A stretch of DNA of 64,000 bases, taken from Eledone cirrhosa (taxonomy: Eukaryota). This document shows positions 1 to 9,703 of the stretch, piece by piece. The stretch spans positions 266,972,001 to 267,036,000 of the forward strand of contig OZ024740.1 of NCBI GenBank assembly GCA_964016885.1. Reading direction: 5' to 3'. Within the stretch, counting starts at the first letter, position 1. Every line of letters starts with the position of its first letter. Position numbers and translations under genes: made by a program. The notes beneath the pieces are model-generated. The model was not told the DNA's origin. It worked only from the letters and a program-made list of their open reading frames with translations, and made no database searches.

Positions 1-278
1 ACGGCAGCTATCTCATCCTCTACCTCCTCCGGCGCTTCCATCCAGGCTTTCTTCACTCTAGTTAAGATGTCCGCCCTATTTTTCTCTGGGGGCACGAACA
101 CTACGCTCAGCTTCAGGTCGAACTCGGTGGCCAGCTCTCCTAACGTTCCCATGCGGCGCTTTATCAGCATCTCCGCCGCGCCTCTCGTTCGCACTCTCTT
201 CTCACTGGTGAGCACTGATCTTACCCATCCGAGTACAGTAGCCGAGTCGGTGCGTATCTAGATGGTGCGCAGCCCCAC
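1..278 (-). pseudogene. pol: pol: RNase H C-terminus and linker to integrase (partial); in-frame TAG at 258-260
   Basis: Same as 34057-34334 except the base at 260 turns GAG into TAG; RTDSA RNase H motif. Confidence 0.85.
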
Positions 279-1345
279 CGCAGGGCGAGGTTCACCCTTC
301 TCAACACCGCGTCCAGCTCGGCCACATTGATGTGGCTGCAGTCGTCCTTCTTTCTAAGCCAGGCTGCATCCTCGACCTCAACACCTCCTATCTCCAACGT
401 GACACCCAGCGCTATGCTGCTGGCATCGCACCATACGGTCCCGCTCTGTGATTTGGGAACGTACCAGCGCCCCCGCACTGGGTCGTCGGCCTTCTCCCTC
501 CCCACGATCTCCTGCATCAGGGCCACCGTCCTCTCTCCCACTCTGTCACTCCAAGTCACCCCTCCCGCTCGTCTCTTGACATAGCTGCATGCCGTCCGGA
601 GCCACCCAGCGATCGGGTAGTGACCCACCAGCTTTCCACACACCGAGAAAAGCTCCCGCCTATTCATACTTGGGCCCAGTTCCGGAACTTCGTTTCCCCT
701 CTGGAACACCAAAACGCCCGTCTTGTCTCGCCGTAGCCTAAGTCCCAGCGCGGCTCCTCCCTCCAATGCTTCTGATGGCTTCGCAGTCAGTCCGTACCTC
801 CGCAAATGGCTCGTGACCTCCGCCGTCGACACCACCGACTCGTCCACTAGGATGTCGTCAATATAGGAGTTAGTAGCCCACTTTATCTTGTCGGCCCTCC
901 CCAGAGCGGTCTTGAGGACCGCCGCCATGATCTTCGGTGCGGAGCTCAGCCCGAAACCGAGCCTGGTCAGGCAATATGTCCGGCCCTTATACCTGACCAG
1001 CTGATACCGCCAGAGCTTCTCATCTATATGCAACTGCAAGTAAGCCGACTTTAGATCCACGATCGCTGAACCCCCCGTCATGCGTCTCCACTCACGCAGG
1101 ATTTCCCCACAGACATCCGTGACCTCGCCGCCCGTGTGGCATGACACGTGCTCGTTCAGCTCCCGATAGTCCAGCACCGGCCTCACCTTGCTCTTCGTGG
1201 GTTGCACCACCGCCATCAACGGCAATACTCCGCACTTCACCTCCTCCTTCCAGGGAAGCAGTATGCCCTCTTCGATCCATCTCTCTACTTCTCGCTCGAA
1301 CTCGCTCCTAGCGTTTCCCTTCAATGTGTGTTGATAGCAGCCCAC
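221..1345 (-). pseudogene. pol: pol: reverse transcriptase plus RNase H N-terminal part, frameshifted near 273
   Basis: RPVLDYRELN, VDLKSAYLQ, LGFGLSSAP, YIDDILV; RNase H WCDASS and HINVAELDA; frame breaks at LALRWG/LRTIEIRTDS. Confidence 0.92.
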
Positions 1346-1478
1346 TTTGGTCTTCAGTGTTCGTGGTTCTCCCTTCCAGTACCACTCAACAACCCATCGC
1401 TGCCCATCAAATACGGTCTTGAAGTCTTTGTCTTATACAGTGTAAGCGGGATATTCCTCCTCGTGGGCCTTCTGGTTC

Positions 1479-1876
1479 TCATGACGTACTCACAGCGCAT
1501 ACCGATGCAGCGGCGCCAAACGACACACCGACATTGTTCACCGTGACGCCCCCTAGACGGCCAATCGCGTCCATGCCCATAACCACGCCGATCCCATCCA
1601 CCACATTGTCTACCACGATGGCGGAAAGCCTTATCCTCCTTCCCTGTACCGCTATTTCCATCTCGCTGCGATCTCGGCATTCAATTTTCCTGCCGTCGAC
1701 TGCCCTTACGCTGCTCTTCCCTCCCCACCTCTGCGCCACCCCCGCGGTCACCAGTGTCGTCGTACAGCCCGTATCCACGAGGGCTCGCTGTGGCTTCCCC
1801 CTCGCGAAGACTTCCACCACGGGCAGCGCCGCTACTCGTAAGGGGAAACTACCGGCGCAGTAGTTCCCCTTGGATC
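1479..1876 (-). pseudogene. pol: pol: retropepsin-like aspartic protease (stop and frameshift before RT)
   Basis: ALVDTGCTTT active site, VVMGMDAI C-terminal motif; frame is open back to the slippery site at 1877-1883. Confidence 0.9.
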
Positions 1877-1883
1877 GTTTCCC
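1826..1883 (-). promoter_or_regulatory. -1 programmed ribosomal frameshift signal (G GGA AAC plus H-type pseudoknot)
   Basis: Heptamer in gag frame, 5-nt spacer, stem1 AAGGGGAACTAC/GTAGTTTCCCCTT, loop GCGCCG pairs with downstream CGGCGC; the -1 frame reads into the protease. Confidence 0.85.
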
Positions 1884-2585
1884 TGGTCGCAGTTAGTAGC
1901 GATGTGGCCTGGTCGCTTACACCGGTAGCAAATTATCTCCGGCTTCGACTCTCTACAGTCTCTAGCCATGTGCGGGCCCTGGCACCGAAAACAGCGCCCC
2001 CTAAACGCACGCGGACGGCTGCGTGCCGAGGTTACCTCCCTTTCAGCATTTCGCTGCCAGGTGTCCTGAGCCTACGTAGTTGCTATCGCCGCAACATTCT
2101 TTTTGGCATCTTCCGCTATGATCCGGGCTTATTCCACCAGTGAACGCATTTCCATCTCTTTATAACCCGGGACTTGCTGCAGTTTCACCGCTATGTCGTC
2201 CGGAAATCCATTGATGAACGCCAACCGCACCGTGCGTTCGCATTCCGCCTGGTAACCGGCTAACATAGCCAACCGCCGTATTTCCGCTGCGAAAATGTCG
2301 ACGCGCTCACCATTCCACCTGATTCTCGCCAGCTTAGCAAAAGCCGCCAACGGTCCCTCGGCGAATGCATCCATCAGACGCCTCTCAATCTTCTGCACAT
2401 CTCTTTGGCTGCAACTCAAGGAAGAGTACCAGCGCGTCACCCTCGAGGTACAATGCCATGAGGCCGGCCACGTCCTCTATCTTCTGCAAGCTTGCGACCA
2501 GCCGAACCTTCCGTAGCCAAGCGACAACGTCACCTTCCCCGGTGAATGCCCTGATAGCTTCGTTCATCCGTAGTCTTGTCGCCAT
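1832..2585 (-). pseudogene. gag: gag with two zinc knuckles; one frameshift (~2400) and two in-frame stops
   Basis: MATRLRMNE...AFTGEGDVVAWLRKV; CFRCQGPHMARDC and CYRCKRPGHIATNC; ends at TAG 1832-1834. Confidence 0.88.
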
Positions 2586-2650
2586 CTTCTGATTTGTCTT
2601 AAGGCAAGTGTTTTGGTTTTTTTTGAGATAGCTTTTTCTTTTTTTCAGTC

Positions 2651-2662
2651 GCCGAAATAGCT
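2651..2662 (-). promoter_or_regulatory. Atypical primer-binding site complementary to nt 1-12 of tRNA-Phe
   Basis: Plus-strand GCCGAAATAGCT abuts the LTR terminus and equals the first 12 nt of metazoan tRNA-Phe(GAA); no TGG-type PBS present. Confidence 0.72.
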
Positions 2663-2918
2663 TGTGGTTAGAAAAAACTATCTCACTTACAGCTTTTCAA
2701 AGGCGCCGCTAAATTCCACTGCAGGTTACTCCTCTTCCACGTGCGTCCAACTGCTTAACACCGGGAGCTGCCCAAAACTCGCATCCACTGCGTGTGCTGG
2801 TCACATCTAGAGAGTGGCCCTCTGCTGGCCCTTCCGGTCGAGCATCCTTCCGGCCAAAAGAGCCTTCCGGTCGAGCGCTCCCCCGCCTCCGGCCACCGCA
2901 CGCCACAGCATACCCACA
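2663..2918 (-). repeat. 5' LTR, copy 1 (256 bp)
   Basis: TGTGG...CCACA termini; homologous to 32750-33052; matches 36719-36974. Confidence 0.93.
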
Positions 2919-3243
2919 GTCTCTACTGCAGAGGGCACGACCGCAAACCTGTCGTAGAGCAATCGGTACTTACCTTGTCAAACACGTTGACGTTTCTCCC
3001 AATTTAGGGAAAGTTGTACAAATTTAGAAGCTGTTGATTAACAATGTAAATATAACGTTTAGCATCTAATATTTAGCATCTACGTCAAGTACTTTTGTCA
3101 AACCCAGGTCAGCACAATTCCAACATTGGTAAAATATACAGTACTGGATATAGTAATCGACGAGTAGTTAGTCAGAAGAAATATCTGAGATTCTATCAAA
3201 CACAACACAATATGAAATAGAAGGAAAAAAATGAAGCATATAA

Positions 3244-3316
3244 AGGTTCCAGCGAGTTTCGAACTCACGACCTTCTGCGTGTGAAGCAGATGTGATAACC
3301 ACTACACCATAGAACC
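3244..3316 (-). tRNA. tRNA-Val(CAC)
   Basis: Cloverleaf with A and B boxes; anticodon loop TTCACAC; U6-G67 wobble; U73. Confidence 0.7.
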
Positions 3317-3437
3317 AGATGATTGCTTCGATCAAATATTTTCTTATCAAATACATTTACATTTGTTTTAATTTAGTGAAATTGAAACAAATATAAATGT
3401 GCTTGATGAGGCAATATTTGTTCAGCAATAAACGTGC

Positions 3438-3510
3438 TGTTTCATGGTGTAGTGGTTATCACATATGCTTAACACGCAGAAGGTAGTGAGTTCGAAACTC
3501 GCTGGAACCT
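3438..3510 (+). pseudogene. tRNA-Val(AAC) pseudogene
   Basis: Acceptor (TGTTTCA) and anticodon-stem (TATGC) mismatches. Confidence 0.75.
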
Positions 3511-3781
3511 TAATTTCGCTGTATAATTTTTTTTTCCTCAGTTGTGTTTTATTCGTCAGCATCTCACAAATTTCCTCTATCTATCTCTTCCATTATTTCT
3601 ATATCCAGTGTTGTTTACTTTTCCAATGATGGAAAATTTTAGCACTTCTTCCTTTTTATCTAATACTTTAAAAACAAAAGGAAGCATCTTTAGATGTAAA
3701 TGAAATATTATTGATTTTTTAATAAAAATTTAATATTAAGTGTGATTATACCGAATATTGAACTCCCGACAATTTGACTAA

Positions 3782-3853
3782 GGTTCCAGTGAGTCTCAAA
3801 CTCATGACCTTCTGTGCGCTAAGAAGGTGTGACAGCTACTACACTATGGGAGC
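3782..3853 (-). pseudogene. Degenerate tRNA-Val-derived pseudogene with AGC at the anticodon position (third copy of unit)
   Basis: GCTCCCATAGTGTAGT...TTAGC..; T-loop TTTGAGA; acceptor mismatches. Recurs at 5334, 6886, 8436, 9976, 12210, 14409, 16608, 18253, 20452, 22651, 24278, 25808, 28010, 29659, 31098 and in block 2. Confidence 0.8.
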
Positions 3854-4289
3854 AATTACGGTCCAGTTTATCGAATAATTTTCTTTTATAGATATCTTGT
3901 GAATTTGAATTTTTTTTATCTTGACTAATATTTATATGTATAGTCTAGACTTATAAAAGCTGGTAACCAAAGGGTTGCATCCTAACAAATATTGCCTCGC
4001 GATATATCAACGACTATCAATACGTTAGGGAATTTCTTCAATTTTTTTTAACGACAAAGTATGAATTTGAAATTTGATTGTTATTTCTAGCAGTTCCAAA
4101 AACAGCGTGGAACCTCTTTGGCTGGCTAATCTTTTTATATTTGGAAGTGTATAAATACGGAAACTCTATAGATAATGAACACAACCACAAGTATATAGTC
4201 CCAACGTGGAAGAGCTGAACTCTCACTGTCATCGCCTCCATCACTCTCGCCCTCCCCATCTTTCTGTATGGTGTAAAAATGGGGTCCCA

Positions 4290-4550
4290 CGTGTTGGTCT
4301 CCCCACAGCCCTGGCGGACAGAATGGAGAAGGCGTTTTCCCGGAGGTTAGTAAGGAAGATGCACTGGTAGAGCCATTCTAACTCCGAGGCCCAAACCTGC
4401 ATCTAGCCAGCTCATCGCCAATTGTGGTGCGTAGGGAATTAGCCCTAGGGCCAAGAACACCAGAAGTCTCTACTGCCGAGGGCACGACCGCAAACCTGTC
4501 GTAGAGGGATCGGTTCTTGCCCTGTCAAACACGTTTACGTTTCTCCCAAT
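4290..4550 (-). mobile_element. Decayed 3' fragment of a CRE-clade non-LTR retrotransposon ORF (restriction-like endonuclease C-terminus); one per array unit
   Basis: Minus-strand translation across copies EKRK..GKYRSLYDRFAVVPSAVETSGVLGPRA...IGAELARR..GPR / ELEWLFQCIFLTNLRENAFSILSAG resembles the CRE C-terminal pattern KY..L...F.P.AVET.G..G..A...WL.QR.S....RGNA.SIL (recognised from memory); stop and frameshift present. Confidence 0.72.
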
Positions 4551-4794
4551 TTAGTGAAAGTTGTATAAATTTAGAAGCTGTTGATTAACAATGTAAATAC
4601 AACGTTATGAATGGTTACTAATATATAGCATCTACGTCAAGTACTTTTGTCAAACCCAGGTCAGCACAATTCCAACGTTGGTAAAATATACAGTACTGGA
4701 TATAGTAATCGACGGGAAGTTAGTCAGAAGAAATATCTGAGATTCTATCAAACACAACACAATATGAAATAGAAGTAAAAAAAGATGCATATAA

Positions 4795-4867
4795 AGGTTC
4801 CAGCGAGTTTCGAACTCACGACCTTCTGCGTGTAAAGCAGATGTGATAACCACTACACAATGGAACC
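4795..4867 (-). tRNA. tRNA-Val(TAC)
   Basis: Full cloverleaf, loop TTTACAC, T at position 9, U73, downstream T-run. Confidence 0.7.
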
Positions 4868-4988
4868 AGATGATTGCTTCGATCAAATATTGTCTTATCA
4901 AACACATTTACATTTGTTTTAATTTAGTGAAATTGAAACAAATATAAATGTGGTTGATGAGGCAATATTTGGTCGACAATTAATGTAT

Positions 4989-5061
4989 GGTTCCATGGTG
5001 TAGTGGTTATCACATCTGCTTAACACGCAGAAGGTCGTGAGTTCGAAACTCGCTGGAACCT
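4989..5061 (+). tRNA. tRNA-Val(AAC)
   Basis: GGTTCCATGGTGTAGTGGTTATCACATCTGCTTAACACGCAGAAGGTCGTGAGTTCGAAACTCGCTGGAACC, consensus copy; T5 terminator ~15 nt downstream. Confidence 0.8.
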
Positions 5062-6346
5062 TAGTTTCGCTCTATTATTTTTCTTTTCTCAGTTGTGTTT
5101 TATTTGTCAACATCTCACATATTTCCTCTATCTATCTCTTCCATTATTTCTATATCCAGTGTTGTTTACTTTTCCAATGGTGGAAAATGTTAGCACTTCT
5201 TCCTTTTTATCTAATAATTTAAAAACAAAAGGAAGCATCTTTAGATGTAAATGAAATATTATTGATTTTTTAATTAAAATTTAATATTAAGTGTGATTAT
5301 ACCGAATATTGAACTCCCGACAATTTGACTAAATTTTCCAGTGAGTCTCAAACTCATGACCTTCTGTGTGCTAAGCAGACGTGATAGCCACTACACTATG
5401 GGAGCAATTACGGTCAAGTTTATCGAAAAATTTTCTTTTATAGATATCTTGTGATTTTGAAATTCTTATCTTGACTAATATTTATATGTATAGTCTAGAC
5501 TTAGAAAAGCTAGGAACCAAAGGGTTGCATCCTAACAAATATTTTGTCGCGATATATCAACGACTATCTATACTTTAGCGAATTTCTTCAATTTTTTTTT
5601 AACGACAAAATATGATTTTCAAATTTGATTGTTATTTCTAGCAGTTAAAAAAACAGCGTAGAACCTCTTTGGCCGGCTAATCTTTTTTTATTTGGAAGAG
5701 GTTAAATACGGAAACTCTATAGATAATGAACACAACCACAAGTATATAGTCCCAACGTGGAAGAGCTGAACTCTCACTGTCATCGCCTCCATCACTCTCG
5801 CCCTCCCCATCTTTCTGTATGGTGTAAAAATGGGGTCCCACGTGTTGGTCTCCCCACAGCCCCGGCGGACAGAATGGAGAAGGCGTTTTCCCGGAGGTTA
5901 GTAAGGAAGATGCACTGGTAGAGCCATTCTAACTCCGAGGCCCAAACCTGCATCTAGCCAGCTCATCGCCAATTGTGGTGCGTAGGGAATTAGCCCTAGG
6001 GCCAAGAACACCAGAAGTCTCTACTGCCGAGGGCACGACCGCAAACCTGTCGTAGAGGGATCGGTTCTTGCCCTGTCAAACACGTTTACGTTTCTCCCAA
6101 TTTAGTGAAAGTTGTATAAATTTAGAAGCTGTTGATAAACAATGTAAATACAACGTTATGAATGGTTACTAATATTTAGCATCTACGTCAAGTACTTTTG
6201 TCAAACCCAGGTCAGCACAATTCCAACATTGGTAAAATATACAGTACTGGATATAGTAATCGACAGGAAGTTAGTCAGACGAAATATCTGAGATTCTATC
6301 AAACACAACACAATATGAAATAGAAGGAAAAAAATGATGCATATAA

Positions 6347-6419
6347 AGGTTCCAGCGACTTTCGAACTCACGACCTTCTGCGTGTAAAGCAGATGTGATA
6401 ACCACTACACCATGGAACC
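6347..6419 (-). tRNA. tRNA-Val(TAC), C61G lesion (possible pseudogene)
   Basis: G53-G61 mismatch in the T-stem/B box; same lesion at 9437-9509. Confidence 0.5.
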
Positions 6420-6540
6420 AGATGATTGCTTCGATCAAATATTGTCTTATCAAACACATTTACATTTGTTTTAATTTAGTGAAATTGAAACAAATATAAA
6501 TGTGGTTGATGAGGCAATATTTGGTCGACAATTAATGTAT

Positions 6541-6613
6541 GGTTCCATGGTGTAGTGGTTATCACATCTGCTTAACACGCAGAAGGTCGTGAGTTCGAAA
6601 CTCGCTGGAACCT
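6541..6613 (+). tRNA. tRNA-Val(AAC)
   Basis: Consensus copy identical to 4989-5060. Confidence 0.8.
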
Positions 6614-7897
6614 TAGTTTCGCTCTATTATTTTTCTTTTCTCAGTTGTGTTTTATTTGTCAACATCTCACATATTTCCTCTATCTATCTCTTCCATTATT
6701 TCTATATCCAGTGTTGTTTACTTTTCCAATGGTGGAAAATGTTAGCACTTCTTCCTTTTTATCTAATAATTTAAAAACAAAAGGAAGCATCTTTAGATGT
6801 AAATGAAATATTATTGATTTTTTAATTAAAATTTAATATTAAGTGTGATTATACCGAATATTGAACTCCCGACAATTTGACTAAATTTTCCAGTGAGTCT
6901 CAAACTCATGACCTTCTGTGTGCTAAGCAGACGTGATAGCCACTACACTATGGGAGCAATTACGGTCAAGTTTATCGAATAATTTTCTTTTAAAAATATC
7001 TTGTGATTTTGAAATTCTTATCTTGACTAATATTTATATGTATAGTCTAGACTTAGAAAAGCTAGGAACCAAAGGGTTGCATCCTAACAAATATTTTGTC
7101 GCGATATATCAACGACTATCTATACTTTAGCGAATTTCTTCAATTTTTTTTTAACGACAAAATATGATTTTCAAATTTGATTGTTATTTCTAGCAGTTAA
7201 AAAAACAGCGTAGAACCTCTTTGGCCGGCTAATCTTTTTTTATTTGGAAGAGGTTAAATACGGAAACTCTATAGATAATGAACACAACCACAAGTATAGG
7301 GTCCGAACGTGGAAGAGCTGAACTCTCACTGTCATCGCCTCCATCACTCTCCTCCTCCCCATCTTTCTGTATGTTGAACAAATGTGGTCCCACGTGTTGG
7401 TCTACCACAGCCCCGGCGGACAGAATGGAGAAGGCGTTTTCCCGGAGGTTAGTAAGGAATATGCACTGGAAGAGCCATTCTAACTCCGAGGCCCAAACCT
7501 GCGTCTAGCCAGCTCAGCGCCAATTATGGTTCGTAGGGAAGTACTCCTAGAGCCAAGTACACCAGAAGTCTTTACTGCCGAGGGCACGATAGCAAACCTG
7601 TCGTAGGGCGATCGGTTCTTGCCCTGTCAAACACGTTTACGTTTCTCCCAATTTAGTGAAAGTTGTATAAATTTAGAAGCTGTTGATAAACAATGTAAAT
7701 ACAACGTTATGAATGGTTACTAATATTTAGCATCTACGTCAAGTACTTTTGTCAAACCCAGGTCAGCACAATTCCAACATTGGTAAAATATACAGTACTG
7801 GATATAGTAATCGACAGGAAGTTAGTCAGACGAAATATCTGAGATTCTATCAAACACAACACAATATGAAATAGAAGGAAAAAAATGAAGCATATAA

Positions 7898-7970
7898 AGG
7901 TTCCAGCGAGTTTCGAACTCACGACCTTCTGCGTGTAAAGCAGATGTGATAACCACTACACCATAGAACC
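7898..7970 (-). tRNA. tRNA-Val(TAC)
   Basis: Cloverleaf intact, U6-G67 wobble. Confidence 0.7.
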
Positions 7971-8091
7971 AGATGATTGCTTCGATCAAATATTTTCTTA
8001 TCAAATACATTTACATTTGTTTTAATTTAGTGAAATTGAAACAAATATAATTGTGCTTGATGAGGCAATATTTGTTCAGCAATAAACGTGC

Positions 8092-8164
8092 GGTTTCATG
8101 GTGTAGTGGTTATCACATATGCTTAACGCGCAGAAGGTAGTGAGTTCGAAACTCGCTGGAACCT
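8092..8164 (+). pseudogene. tRNA-Val(AAC) pseudogene
   Basis: TATGC anticodon-stem mismatch, G37, C48A. Confidence 0.7.
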
Positions 8165-9436
8165 TAATTTCGCTGTATAATTTTTTTTTCCTCAGTTGTG
8201 TTTTATTCGTCAGCATCTCACAAATTTCCTCTATCTATCTCTTCCATTATTTCTATATCCAGTGTTGTTTACTTTTCCAATGATGGAAAATTTTAGCACT
8301 TCTTCCTTTTTATCTAATACTTTAAAAACAAAAGGAAGCATCTTTAGATGTAAATGAAATATTATTGATTTTTTAATAAAAATTTAATATTAAGTGTGAT
8401 TATACCGAATATTGAACTCCCGACAATTTGACTAAGGTTCCAGTGAGTCTCAAACTCATGACCTTCTGTGCGCTAAGAAGGTGTGACAGCTACTACACTA
8501 TGGGAGCAATTACGGTCCAGTTTATCGAATAATTTTCTTTTATAGATATCTTGTGAATTTGAATTTTTTTTATCTTGACTAATATTTATATGTATAGTCT
8601 AGACTTATAAAAGCTGGTAACCAAAGGGTTGCATCCTAACAAATGTTGCCTCGCGATATATCAACGACTATCAATACGTTAGGGAATTTCTTCAATTTTT
8701 TTTAACGACAAAGTATGAATTTGAAATTTGATTGTTATTTCTAGCAGTTCCAAAAACAGCGTAGAACCTCTTTGGCTGGCTAATCTTTTTATATTTGGAA
8801 GTGTTTAAATACGGAAACGCTATAGATAATGAACACAACCACAAGTATATAGTCCCAACGTGGAAGAGCTGAACTCTCACTGTCATCGCCTCCATCACTC
8901 TCGCCCTCCCCATCTTTCTGTATGGTGTAAAAATGGGGTCCCACGTGTTGGTCTCCCCACAGCCCCGGCGGACAGAATGGAGAAGGCGTTTTCCCGGAGG
9001 TTAGTAAGGAAGATGCACTGGTAGAGCCATTCTAACTCCGAGGCCCAAACCTGCATCTAGCCAGCTCATCGCCAATTGTGGTGCGTAGGGAATTAGCCCT
9101 AGGGCCAAGAACACCAGAAGTCTCTACTGCCGAGGGCACGACCGCAAACCTGTCGTAGAGGGATCGGTTCTTGCCCTGTCAAACACGTTTACGTTTCTCC
9201 CAATTTAGTGAAAGTTGTATAAATTTAGAAGCTGTTGATTAACAATGTAAATACAACGTTATTAATGGTTACTAATATTTAGCATCTACGTCAAGTACTT
9301 TTGTCAAACCCAGGTCAGCACAATTCCAACATTGGTAAAATATACAGTACTGGATATAGTAATCGACGGGAAGTTAGTCAGAAGAAATATCTGAGATTCT
9401 ATCAAACACAACACAATATGAAATAGAAGCATATAA

Positions 9437-9509
9437 AGGTTCCAGCGACTTTCGAACTCACGACCTTCTGCGTGTAAAGCAGATGTGATAACCACTACAC
9501 CATGGAACC
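9437..9509 (-). tRNA. tRNA-Val(TAC), C61G lesion
   Basis: As 6347-6419. Confidence 0.5.
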
Positions 9510-9630
9510 AGATGATTGCTTCGATCAAATATTGTCTTATCAAACACATTTACATTTGTTTTAATTTAGTGAAATTGAAACAAATATAAATGTGGTTGAT
9601 GAGGCAATATTTGGTCGACAATTAATGTAT

Positions 9631-9703
9631 GGTTCCATGGTGTAGTGGTTATCACATCTGCTTAACACGCAGAAGGTAGTGAGTTCGAAACTCGCTGGAA
9701 CCT
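9631..9703 (+). tRNA. tRNA-Val(AAC)
   Basis: Consensus except C48A. Confidence 0.68.

Larger units (their letters stand above)
1..2918 (-). mobile_element. Gypsy/Ty3-type LTR retrotransposon, copy 1 (3' part cut off by window start), decayed
   Basis: gag with two zinc knuckles, aspartic protease DTG, RT YIDD, RNase H; 5' LTR at 2663-2918 followed by GTCTC; near-identical to 34057-36974 (offset 34,056). Confidence 0.95.
4670..5185. repeat. Imperfect palindrome (>=516 bp, 4-nt AGTG centre at 4926-4929) carrying the divergent tRNA pair; representative of each unit
   Basis: Inner arms 41/47 complementary; consensus tRNA arms identical except position 34; outer arms TTCCAACGTTGGTAAAATATACAGTACTGGATATAG vs CTATATCCAGTGTTGTTTACTTTTCCAATGGTGGAA are symmetric about the centre. 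Confidence 0.9.

Noticed and set aside
4290-4550. GC-rich island as 5S, U snRNA, 7SL or SL RNA gene
   Set aside because: No recognisable motifs of these RNAs; it is better explained by decayed CRE protein-coding homology.
4945-4990. Hammerhead-like motif TTGATGA-GGC...GTC-GACA in the inter-tRNA spacer
   Set aside because: Core is UUGAUGA/GACA rather than CUGAUGA/GAAA, there is no stem I, and the sequence is explained as a palindrome arm.
4670-5185. Palindrome as a MITE or foldback transposon
   Set aside because: No defined termini or target-site duplication; arm similarity is highest in the interior and fades outward, the opposite of TIR elements.
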